Of a stretch of DNA of 64,000 nucleotides, positions 1 through 7,820 are shown one piece after another. Source of the DNA: a virus (Duplodnaviria; Caudoviricetes); IMG/VR virus record IMGVR_UViG_3300044518_000037, positions 1 through 64,000 of that record. The stretch is one strand, 5' to 3'. A program made the translations under genes and the position numbers. Every line of letters begins with the position of its first letter. Positions within the stretch are counted from its first letter, which is position 1. The notes under the pieces were generated by a model. The model ran no database searches. It saw only the letters and a list, made by a program, of their open reading frames with translations, and was not told the DNA's origin.

Positions 1-96
1 GAAGTCCTGGCGCTCGGTGAAGCGCTGCGGCTGGTGAGGGGAGACGATGTGGCGGAGATGTGGGAGCAGGAGAACGCCGACTCCCAGATCGTGTGA
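1..96 (+). CDS. 3' end of hypothetical protein (partial)
   Basis: Open frame 1 EVLALGEALRLVRGDDVAEMWEQENADSQIV* ending just before the next ATG. Confidence 0.55.
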   Translation, partial: EVLALGEALRLVRGDDVAEMWEQENADSQIV

Positions 97-104
97 GCGG
101 CCTC

Positions 105-548
105 ATGCTGGAGCGGAAGTCCTTAGCCAGGCAACGGCACGAGTGCCCGTTCAAGGTCGGCATGCGAGTGCAGCGTAAATCCGGTGGTGACTACTCCGGG
201 AAGATCACAAGCATCGGCTTCCCTACTGGTGCTCAGTGGGCGTCGTTTCTGGTGGCGTCGGTGGCCTGGCATTACCCGGATCACCGGTCGACGGTGGAGA
301 GCACGGATCTCGAACTCGAATGGCTCATGCCGGAGGGTGGCGTCTGGGACTTCAAGCCCGGTGAGCTGGTCTCCTGCCCGGCTGGCGAGTGGGGCGGCAT
401 GGTGATGGCCGTCCGGCCGGACAAGGCGTGTCGGCAAGTTGTCACCGTCCAGATCGTTTATGACCCGCTGGACCGTGGGCTCGTGGGCCTGACAGGTGAG
501 GCCGAGTTCGCCGAGATCGAGCATCGGACCGAACCATTCCCGGTGTAG
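105..548 (+). CDS. Hypothetical protein with two SH3/KOW-like repeats
   Basis: ATG at 105; two similar segments FKVGMRVQRK.. and FKPGELVSCP.. Confidence 0.7.
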   Translation: MLERKSLARQRHECPFKVGMRVQRKSGGDYSGKITSIGFPTGAQWASFLVASVAWHYPDHRSTVESTDLELEWLMPEGGVWDFKPGELVSCPAGEWGGMVMAVRPDKACRQVVTVQIVYDPLDRGLVGLTGEAEFAEIEHRTEPFPV

Positions 549-625
549 GCGGCTTCGCTGATCGGCCGGCACGGGCCGGGCGGTCGGCGTGGCTGTGCAC
601 CAGGCATGGCTGGGAGGGGGTGGAA

Positions 626-940
626 ATGGGGTTCATGTCGGCAGAGCGGCGGGTGGGTCTGTTGCTGATCGAGAACCACGGCCCGCAGCGCGGGGAGTTC
701 CCGGTCGATGAGCACGAGATCTTGGAGCATCGGCCGGGGCGCGTCGGCGTGACGCGGTACGTTGAAGACCGGGACGGCCGGTGGTGGGCGGCCGGGTGGA
801 TCAGGACGGACGCACGCACGTCGCGCGCGGTCGCGTGGCCTCATGACCGATTCGCGCGTCTGGTGGGTCGAGGGCGCGTACTCGTGGACGAGGACTGCGC
901 CGCAACCGGCGCCTACGAATTCGAGGGAGCAAATCAGTGA
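626..940 (+). CDS. Hypothetical protein
   Basis: RBS GGGAGG then ATG; overlaps next gene (ATGA-type junction). Confidence 0.7.
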   Translation: MGFMSAERRVGLLLIENHGPQRGEFPVDEHEILEHRPGRVGVTRYVEDRDGRWWAAGWIRTDARTSRAVAWPHDRFARLVGRGRVLVDEDCAATGAYEFEGANQ

Positions 941-1236
941 TCATCGGCAAGGACGGCTGGTACCCGGATCTGGGCGAGCCCGTGGTCGTCGAGTACGAGG
1001 GCGTCTGGGCGTGCTGGCCCGGCGGCACGAGCAACATCGATGTGTTCCCCACCGAGGTCGGGGCCAAGCGCTCCGCAGCCGGGACCAATCCGCTGGAAGG
1101 CAACTACGCCATCGCCACGATCGGGACCGACGGCGACGAGTTCGATCCGGAGGACCCGAAGAGCTATGTGCTCGGCGAGCTGCGGACGTGGGTCCGCGAT
1201 GAGTACGGGGTCTACAGCGAGAATGGGTGGCTCTGA
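937..1236 (+). CDS. Hypothetical protein
   Basis: RBS, 4-nt overlap with upstream gene, high-GC codon bias. Confidence 0.75.
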   Translation: MIIGKDGWYPDLGEPVVVEYEGVWACWPGGTSNIDVFPTEVGAKRSAAGTNPLEGNYAIATIGTDGDEFDPEDPKSYVLGELRTWVRDEYGVYSENGWL

Positions 1237-1527
1237 TGCGCGAGCGACCCCGGCGCTCTGACTCGCTCCGAAGTGATCGTCTCGCGCCGAATGTGAACCG
1301 GCCGTCCGATCGCACGATGCAGATGGACCAGGGCGAGCCCGAGCCGACCGAACCGCTGGCGGACATTTTTGCGCCAGATTTCAAGTACGACCCGGCGCAG
1401 CAACCTACTCCGGATGACTACCTCAGCCCGACCGATCCGCTGGCGCAGCGCAACTGAATCAAACCGAACCAGGGGAGTCGCGCACCGCGTGGCTCCCCTT
1501 TCGCATGCCCGAAAAGGAGAGCAACAC

Positions 1528-1851
1528 ATGATGCTGAAGATCGAGTTCTCGCCGGCCGCCCACCCGTTCAACCCGCTCAAGGAGCCGGTGACGAACGTCC
1601 ACGAGATCGAGCTGAACGCCTCGATCGGGATGCTGATCAACGCCATCGCGTACAAGATCAACGACCCCGCCGAGAGGCAGGAGTGGGCGCAGACCTACGA
1701 GCAGGTCACCCACCTGTTCTCCGTGGGCGCGCGGAAGAAGCTGCTGACGCAGGACAGCGTGGACGCGAAGTTCTCGCTGTTGGGGGACACCGACCTGGTC
1801 ATGACCATCTCGCGCATGGAGCCGCTGGTCCGGAACGAGGACGGGCGCTAG
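1528..1851 (+). CDS. Hypothetical protein
   Basis: RBS AAGGAG at about 1514, ATG at 1528. Confidence 0.75.
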   Translation: MMLKIEFSPAAHPFNPLKEPVTNVHEIELNASIGMLINAIAYKINDPAERQEWAQTYEQVTHLFSVGARKKLLTQDSVDAKFSLLGDTDLVMTISRMEPLVRNEDGR

Positions 1852-1972
1852 CCCATCCGAGTGATCTAGCTCGGCCGTTCGAGTGAATGAGAGCGGCCCG
1901 ACACGCGTGTGGTCGGGCCGCTCTTCCGTTTGTGTGACATACCGACAGATATCCGCCGAATGGAGGAGGGGC

Positions 1973-2362
1973 ATGTACCTCATGGTGACCGAGGAGTTCC
2001 GAGGTCGGAAGGACGGCAAGCCTGGCACGGTGACGCTTAGGCGGAGCCGCACCCGCACCAACGACATCGAGCAGATCACAAAGGACCTGGTCCAGATCAT
2101 GCGCGATGCCGACGACCGGTTCTCCGGCATGGAGGACTTCGGGGAAGCGCACGGCTTCTGGCACCCGGATCACAAGTGTCGGCTCCAGATCGGTGAAGAG
2201 CGCTCGGATGAGTGCAAGGAGCTGGAGCTGGAGTCGTGCGCTGAGTGGATTCGAAAGAGGCTCGGCGAACTCCGGTGTGGGGAGACGGAGGACTTCCACC
2301 TCGGCCGCCCTGGAACCGAGACCTCGTATCACGTGACCGTCCAGGAGACCGGCGACCGCTGA
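1973..2362 (+). CDS. Hypothetical protein
   Basis: RBS GGAGG, ATG at 1973. Confidence 0.75.
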   Translation: MYLMVTEEFRGRKDGKPGTVTLRRSRTRTNDIEQITKDLVQIMRDADDRFSGMEDFGEAHGFWHPDHKCRLQIGEERSDECKELELESCAEWIRKRLGELRCGETEDFHLGRPGTETSYHVTVQETGDR

Positions 2363-2450
2363 CGCGTGACGAGAGCGCGCGGGGACTGCACCACAACCCG
2401 CGCGCTGTCACCACCTGCCAGCCACCAATTCAGCTAGGAGGGGATTTCGC

Positions 2451-2843
2451 ATGAAGCGACGCGTGGGGCCGGGCGACAAGGTCTGGATTCGGATGCCGTA
2501 CTCCGAGGTCAACATGCACATGGGTGTCGCGGGGCACCGGCTGGAGGTCGAGGTCAAGGAGGGCGGCGCGCAGCTGTTGAAGGACGGCCGTCAGTTCTCT
2601 TCCCCGATTCTTCACAGCGAGGCGGGGATCTTCCAGGACGAGCGGGGCCTGTACCTGCCCGACCGGAAGCTGACCTGCGACGAGATTTTCGAGCTGAGCG
2701 AGTCGTGCGACGGGCTGTTCGTGATCACCGACCCGGCGCGGCACATGGGCAATACGCCCTCGCTGTCGGAGGTGCAGGAGCACGTGCGCGAGTGCGAGTT
2801 CTGCACGGAGGTCAACAACGACGTTCTGGGCTGGGTGGCCTGA
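2451..2843 (+). CDS. Hypothetical protein, SH3-like N-terminus and C-terminal CxxC
   Basis: RBS AGGAGG; VGPGDKVWIR; CEFC. Confidence 0.75.
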   Translation: MKRRVGPGDKVWIRMPYSEVNMHMGVAGHRLEVEVKEGGAQLLKDGRQFSSPILHSEAGIFQDERGLYLPDRKLTCDEIFELSESCDGLFVITDPARHMGNTPSLSEVQEHVRECEFCTEVNNDVLGWVA

Positions 2844-2845
2844 TC

Positions 2846-3154
2846 ATGGCGAACGGGACGTTCGACAAGCGCGACCCGGCGACGGAAGGGCACTTCATCG
2901 TGACCCCGATCGGCTCGGACGGGAAGGAGTACTGGGAATCCAGGATGTGCCCGGATTGGGTGGTCGAGGGCCGCGAGTACTTCGCGAAGTGGTGCGCGCA
3001 GGAGCAGTTGAAGTGCCGCTATGGCGAGGTGGAGATCATCACCTGCGTGGTGACCGAGTACGCGGACGCCACGTTCGAAAAGATCGTGAATACCGCGCTC
3101 TATACCGCCGCGTACTTCGAACGGTTCCCGATGGCCCGACCGGAGAGGTACTGA
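2846..3154 (+). CDS. Hypothetical protein
   Basis: ATG 2 nt after the upstream stop; coding-like codon bias. Confidence 0.7.
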   Translation: MANGTFDKRDPATEGHFIVTPIGSDGKEYWESRMCPDWVVEGREYFAKWCAQEQLKCRYGEVEIITCVVTEYADATFEKIVNTALYTAAYFERFPMARPERY

Positions 3155-3155
3155 C

Positions 3156-3575
3156 GTGGGCTGGGTCATGCACGAGTCGGGCGTCATGGACGACGACGGC
3201 CAGCACGGGGATGAGCAGCACGGTCCGGCCTGTTCGGTGAGGTACGTCAACCCGGATCTCCCGGGCGCGGTGGTCACGGTCTACGCCTACGCCCACGCGC
3301 CGGAGCGGCAGAACACGGTGCGCGAGGACGGCATGGAGTACGCCGAGTATGGGCCCGACCTGGATTCCCTCGGCGTGGAGTCGCTGATCGAGTACGCGAC
3401 CGGGTGGGACCTGAGCGACCCGGACAGTCAGCCGGAGTGGACGAAGCCGGTCTACGACGGGCTCGACACCTGGCCGCTCAACGGGGACGTGGACAAGGCG
3501 ACGACGGTGGCCCGCGTCTGGATTAGCTCGCTGGACCCGGAGCGGGACCTTCACTGGAACGGAGAGCAGTTCTGA
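3156..3575 (+). CDS. Hypothetical acidic protein
   Basis: Coupled to both neighbours; codon bias. Confidence 0.7.
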   Translation: MGWVMHESGVMDDDGQHGDEQHGPACSVRYVNPDLPGAVVTVYAYAHAPERQNTVREDGMEYAEYGPDLDSLGVESLIEYATGWDLSDPDSQPEWTKPVYDGLDTWPLNGDVDKATTVARVWISSLDPERDLHWNGEQF

Positions 3576-3976
3576 TGAGCAACGAGAAATGTGAGCCGGC
3601 CGAGGCGGACTGGTACGTCGAGCTGATCTACGGCAAGACCTTCTGCCCGGAGACCGAGGCCGGCGGGGTGTGCACCGACCGGTACGACTCGCACGATCGG
3701 CAGTACGGCACCGAGACCAGCTATAACCACGGCTACTTCAAGGGTGACCGGCGGAACGAGGTCGAGGTGGCTGCACTGCTGCCCGAGGGCTGGTACGAGA
3801 TCGAGCGCTCGATCAAGCGGTGCCCGGAGATCGGCGACGAGACCGAGTGCGTGCACTGCGACATGGGGATGGTCTTCACGAACGAGCACCCGCGCTGGCA
3901 GAACGCGGCGAGCGGGGGCGACTGCCCGATCAACGGTCTTGACGGGCACGAGCCGGTGGACGAGTTCAACGCGTAA
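3575..3976 (+). CDS. Hypothetical Cys/His-rich protein
   Basis: TGATG overlap; CxHC and further Cys/His residues. Confidence 0.75.
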   Translation: MSNEKCEPAEADWYVELIYGKTFCPETEAGGVCTDRYDSHDRQYGTETSYNHGYFKGDRRNEVEVAALLPEGWYEIERSIKRCPEIGDETECVHCDMGMVFTNEHPRWQNAASGGDCPINGLDGHEPVDEFNA

Positions 3977-3982
3977 CAGGAA

Positions 3983-4056
3983 GCCCGGCAAATTCGGAAC
4001 GCGACATGGGGACACCCATGCCTGCGGGCGGGTTCGAATCCCGCGCCGGGTGCGCA
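3983..4056 (+). ncRNA. tRNA-like element A (acceptor stem + T arm, no canonical D or anticodon arm)
   Basis: GCCCGGC(3983-89)/GCCGGGT(4045-51) 7-bp stem; T arm GCGGG-TTCGAAT-CCCGC (4028-44); internal hairpin CATGGG-GACA-CCCATG; 3' GCGCA. Confidence 0.7.
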
Positions 4057-4078
4057 GTAGTCGACAGAAAGGGGAAGT

Positions 4079-4540
4079 ATGTTCCCGCTGATTCAGGTAC
4101 GCCGGGTCAACTGGCGTGACTCGCGATACGAGTTCGGGGACGGCACCGCAACAGCGCTCGAAGCTGGTGAACTGGACGCGTACGACGTCGTGCTGGTGGA
4201 CCAGGACGGCGAGGAGCTGGCCAAGTCCGACTGGCCACAGGCCGACCTTCCCGGTCTGGCCAAGACCTACCCCAGCCCGTTCTTGATCCCGCGCAAGGCG
4301 GGACAGCTGCGCGATCTGGCGGCCGACATGTGGACCGGCCAGGCCGCTGAGGTCGGCAGTCGGTTCGTGCCGATCAAGGGCTGCAAGTACGAGGGCCAGG
4401 TCGTCACCGTGCAGGAGATCGAGCACGACGATCGCGGCACCGATGGCTCGTGGATGACGGGCCACGTCCTGGTGTCCCCGGAGAGCGGGAAGGTAGTGCG
4501 ACTCCGGCTCGACCAGCTTCGACCGGCGGATGGCGAGTAG
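4079..4540 (+). CDS. Hypothetical protein
   Basis: RBS AAGGGG; codon bias. Confidence 0.75.
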   Translation: MFPLIQVRRVNWRDSRYEFGDGTATALEAGELDAYDVVLVDQDGEELAKSDWPQADLPGLAKTYPSPFLIPRKAGQLRDLAADMWTGQAAEVGSRFVPIKGCKYEGQVVTVQEIEHDDRGTDGSWMTGHVLVSPESGKVVRLRLDQLRPADGE

Positions 4541-4584
4541 CTAAAGCGGTGCGAAAGCTTGCGCCAGAATTCAAGGAGGGGAAA

Positions 4585-5118
4585 ATGACGGAGATCATTC
4601 CGCCGAGGTGCTCGACGCTCTCGGGCGATCCGTGGGACCCGTGCGAGCGGGCCGCCACGCACATGCTGGTCTACAGCCAGTTGGAGAACGAGAAACGGCA
4701 GGAGTATGCCGAGGCGGTGTGCAAGCCGTGCGGTGAGGGCTACCTGCGCCGGCCGGCGCTCAAGGCGCGGCTCGTTCCGCTCGGACCCGAGACGTACGCG
4801 CAGCGGGAGATCGTCGGAGGCGTTCCGCTGCCGGACGGATCGAAGGTGGTTCTCGGATTCCACGAGGGATTCACTGACCCCTACGTGGTGGCCAGGATCG
4901 GCGGAGCGTTCACTGGCAACGGCAAGTACCTCGGGACGCATGAGCGCGCCCTGGCGCTTCTGGTCGAGGAGCTGGCACAGGTGGTGGGCCTGGTCATCCA
5001 GGCGCCCAAGGTCGCGGAGCCGAAGGGCAAGCCCTTCACCCCGCCGACCTACGCGGAGGTCCAGGAATTCGTGGACCTCGCGACCGGCGGCGGCAACTTC
5101 GTGGGTGAGGAGAACTGA
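4585..5118 (+). CDS. Hypothetical protein with Cys/His zinc-finger-like N-terminus
   Basis: RBS AAGGAGG, ATG at 4585; C..C..H..CKPC. Confidence 0.75.
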   Translation: MTEIIPPRCSTLSGDPWDPCERAATHMLVYSQLENEKRQEYAEAVCKPCGEGYLRRPALKARLVPLGPETYAQREIVGGVPLPDGSKVVLGFHEGFTDPYVVARIGGAFTGNGKYLGTHERALALLVEELAQVVGLVIQAPKVAEPKGKPFTPPTYAEVQEFVDLATGGGNFVGEEN

Positions 5119-5585
5119 TGGCCAGGTACATCGGATACCCGGAGCCGTCGGAGTGGCAGGGCCATCTGCTCAAGCGACTCACCAAACTCGACGCCCGTGA
5201 GGCTGAGTTCAAGTGCCAGCGGTGCGGCATCACCGGGAGCCTGAGTTCACTGCGCGGCCGGATCGTAGTCGACGCCGACTGCGTGGCGAACCCCACCGCG
5301 ATCAAGCTGTGGATCAGCGTGGCCGACTTCCCGCCGCCGGCCAACGACGAGTTCTGCCACACCGGTCCGCAGCGCGAGGAGGCGCGAGCGCGGGTGCTGG
5401 AGGCAGCTGGCCGGATTTGGTACCGGACGCTGGAGAAGCAGCACGCCATGCCGATCGAGGGATGGGTGGCGGTGGACTCGGCGCGGTCGATGGAGGTCGC
5501 GCAGTTCATGAACTTCGAGCAGCGTTACAGGGTGCTGCTGAACGGGGCCAGCGGGAAGGTCGCGATCGAGAAGTTCGACAACTGA
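5118..5585 (+). CDS. Hypothetical protein
   Basis: TGATG overlap; CQRC. Confidence 0.75.
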   Translation: MARYIGYPEPSEWQGHLLKRLTKLDAREAEFKCQRCGITGSLSSLRGRIVVDADCVANPTAIKLWISVADFPPPANDEFCHTGPQREEARARVLEAAGRIWYRTLEKQHAMPIEGWVAVDSARSMEVAQFMNFEQRYRVLLNGASGKVAIEKFDN

Positions 5586-5655
5586 CCGAGGCCGAAAAGG
5601 GCGCCCTGAGTGGGCGCCTTTCGCGTACGTGGGTGCGCCTGACGATGGCCGTCAG
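5582..5655 (+). ncRNA. Type II hammerhead ribozyme (predicted cleavage after C5622)
   Basis: GAA(5594-96)-A; 10-bp stem III; UUC triplet; 6-bp stem I; CUGACGA core (5639-45); one extra U; stem II GGCC/GGCC plus GTCAG/CTGAC. Confidence 0.8.
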
Positions 5656-5675
5656 TGAGTAGGGAGGGACGCAAC

Positions 5676-6284
5676 TTGACCTTGATCAACCCGTTTACCG
5701 AGGAACAATCCAAGCTGTTCATGGCAGTGCTCCTTGTGCTCGACTCCAGCGCGGAGCCGACCCGGCACGACGAGATCGTCAGGCGCACCGGCACCGGGGG
5801 CAAGCAGCGCCGCCTGGCCGTCTACGACGCCATGTGGGGGTGGCAGAAGCGAGGCGTCATCCAGCTCGCCGAACCGATCCCCGGCGATGCGTACGTGAAC
5901 TCGAACCCGCTCTGGCGGATCAGCCCGGTGGGTGAGATGCGCGCCGACGCCTACCGGCGTGAGCTGGCCGAGCGGGTCCGGGAGAACGAGGTGTGGTGGG
6001 ACACCCGGAGCACGTGGTCCCCGACGGAGGAGGTGAACCCCGAGTTCCGGGACAACCCGAAGCAGATCGCCTTCCACTACCACAGCACGGGGTGGTTCTC
6101 GACCTGGACGCCGGTTGAGCGACTGCTCACGGTGTACAGCGCGGGCGGCCAAGTGCTCGACCTCTATGGGTGGTCGCGCAAGGACAACCCGCTCCTCTAC
6201 GACGCGACGCAGGCGGCTGCTCTGTTTGGACCGCTGTCCGCACTCATCTACCAGAACCGGATCTACCCCAGCCAGGAGAACTGA
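5676..6284 (+). CDS. Hypothetical protein with winged-helix-like N-terminus
   Basis: RBS GGGAGG with TTG start; helix pattern DEIVRRTG..AVYDAMWGWQKRGVI. Confidence 0.7.
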   Translation: MTLINPFTEEQSKLFMAVLLVLDSSAEPTRHDEIVRRTGTGGKQRRLAVYDAMWGWQKRGVIQLAEPIPGDAYVNSNPLWRISPVGEMRADAYRRELAERVRENEVWWDTRSTWSPTEEVNPEFRDNPKQIAFHYHSTGWFSTWTPVERLLTVYSAGGQVLDLYGWSRKDNPLLYDATQAAALFGPLSALIYQNRIYPSQEN

Positions 6285-6285
6285 C

Positions 6286-6549
6286 GTGAAGGCGATGAAG
6301 AGTAGCGAGGCGGTTCAGCTCGCCGGCGAGTCCGGATTGATCTGGCTGGGCGGCCGGGCGACGTCCGGCCGGAAGCCGAAGAAGGTTTCGCGGTTGGTCA
6401 AGGTGGAGCTGTTGCCGCGCGGTGCCATCTCGTGGCGCGACGAGAACGGCGTCCTGGTTGACCAGACGCGTACAAGCTCGCCGGTCTTCGTGGAGAAGTA
6501 CGAGCCGGAGATTCCGCAGTCCAACACCAGTGTGAAGGAAGGGAACTGA
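6286..6549 (+). CDS. Hypothetical protein
   Basis: GTG directly after the upstream stop; RBS AGGAG. Confidence 0.65.
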   Translation: MKAMKSSEAVQLAGESGLIWLGGRATSGRKPKKVSRLVKVELLPRGAISWRDENGVLVDQTRTSSPVFVEKYEPEIPQSNTSVKEGN

Positions 6550-6992
6550 TGGACGACATGATGCTCGCGGTCGTGTGCAAGGTGACGTGGCGCCCGAGGC
6601 TTGGCAACGTCGAACTCGGCGCCCCCCAGGTCGAGGAGATGCAGCTCATGGTCGACCGGCACGCTTACGAGAACAACGACGACCCGTACACGAATACGTT
6701 CTACGACCTGTGGGCCGAGGCGACGATGACCATCGCCGGGCGACACGACACGAACCGGAACTTCTTCCAGATCATCCGGATCGAGCCGGTCTGCTCGTGC
6801 CTCGGACCGTGCCGATTCCCGGAGCGGGAGCGGTTCTGGATGAAGGCCGACGGCGTTGCCTTCTGGGAAGCCGGCCTATTCGACCGCGAGGAGGACCCCC
6901 AGGGCTTGCAGCCTCAGGCGTTCGCCTGCGGCACGCCGGGTGACATGGCACTCGTGCTCGCGGCCAAGCGCCGCCGCCACCACCACCAGTAG
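6549..6992 (+). CDS. Hypothetical protein
   Basis: TGATG overlap; RBS AAGGAAGGG. Confidence 0.75.
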   Translation: MDDMMLAVVCKVTWRPRLGNVELGAPQVEEMQLMVDRHAYENNDDPYTNTFYDLWAEATMTIAGRHDTNRNFFQIIRIEPVCSCLGPCRFPERERFWMKADGVAFWEAGLFDREEDPQGLQPQAFACGTPGDMALVLAAKRRRHHHQ

Positions 6993-7004
6993 GGGGGAAG
7001 TGCT

Positions 7005-7700
7005 GTGCAGCGCCGGCAGATCGAGTGGGAGGACGCGTGGATGCACGCGGACCTCCACTACTGGGACGAGACGGACGTTCGCGAGGGCGGCAACACCGCC
7101 GAGGTACGCGACCTCGCGCTGAGGCTCCTCAACCTGTACGAGTCGGAGATCTACGACCAGGACGAGGAGAAGCTCTTCAAGGCGATCGAGTACGCGGGTG
7201 AACGTTGGCCGGAGGGCTTCACCCCCGGGCAACTCGACACCCTGCACAACGTGCCGGTGTCGGACGATCCCGAACTGTGGCTGGGCTCCGAGGCGTGGAC
7301 GGAAGCGTATGAGACCGCCGAAGCCCACGACTGGCGGCCGTTCGAAGCCCTCCTGGACGGGGGATGCCAGGCGGCCATGGTGGCCAACCTGTACACCCAC
7401 TCGAAGATCGACAGGGACGCCGCCAGGCTGGGAGCCGCGCTGTGGGCACTTGGTGAGGTCGAGAACAACTGGACGATCTCCAGGCTGACCAAGGTGGTTG
7501 AGTCCTACCAAGGTCAGACTGGCACCGACGTAGACGAGCTGGTGGACCAGCACATCGAGGAGAACTGGCCGGGCTTCCCCGTCGAATTCGTCAGCAACAA
7601 GGAGCACTTCTTCGACACGCACGTCCTCGGGGAGAACGAGGTGTGCATCGAAGGGCCCGTGCCCGGAGCCTTCTACTACTTCGACAAGAACCGCTGGTAG
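7005..7700 (+). CDS. Highly acidic protein, possible ArdA-like DNA-mimic antirestriction protein
   Basis: Very D/E-rich; C-terminal ESYQG..DELVD..E..P..F..FF..YYF pattern resembles the ArdA C-terminal domain. Confidence 0.45.
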   Translation: MQRRQIEWEDAWMHADLHYWDETDVREGGNTAEVRDLALRLLNLYESEIYDQDEEKLFKAIEYAGERWPEGFTPGQLDTLHNVPVSDDPELWLGSEAWTEAYETAEAHDWRPFEALLDGGCQAAMVANLYTHSKIDRDAARLGAALWALGEVENNWTISRLTKVVESYQGQTGTDVDELVDQHIEENWPGFPVEFVSNKEHFFDTHVLGENEVCIEGPVPGAFYYFDKNRW

Positions 7701-7708
7701 GAGGGGCA

Positions 7709-7756
7709 GCCCCGTCAGGCGGAGGCAGCCGGTTCGAATCCGGCGCGGGGCGCGCA
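7709..7756 (+). ncRNA. tRNA-like element B (minimal acceptor + T-arm minihelix)
   Basis: GCCCCGT(7709-15)/GCGGGGC(7745-51); 12-nt linker; GCCGG-TTCGAAT-CCGGC (7728-44); 3' GCGCA. Confidence 0.7.
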
Positions 7757-7774
7757 GGGACTGCACCACAACAC

Positions 7775-7806
7775 GGCTCGCCCAAATCCGGGCGGGCCTT
7801 TCGTAT
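7775..7806 (+). terminator. GC hairpin with TTTCGT tail
   Basis: GGCTCGCCC-AAATCC-GGGCGGGCC-TTTCGT. Confidence 0.55.
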
Positions 7807-7820
7807 TTCAGGAGGGGAAC

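Noticed and set aside
1227-1457. Small ORF MQMDQGEPEP...
   Set aside because: No clear RBS and the start is uncertain; not enough support to list as a CDS.
3570-3595. CTGATGA at a stop/start overlap
   Set aside because: Explained by TGATG translational coupling; no stem II or C-GAAA.
3983-4056. Call as a canonical tRNA gene
   Set aside because: No D stem, a 4-nt central loop instead of a 7-nt anticodon loop, and no CCA. Reported as tRNA-like instead.
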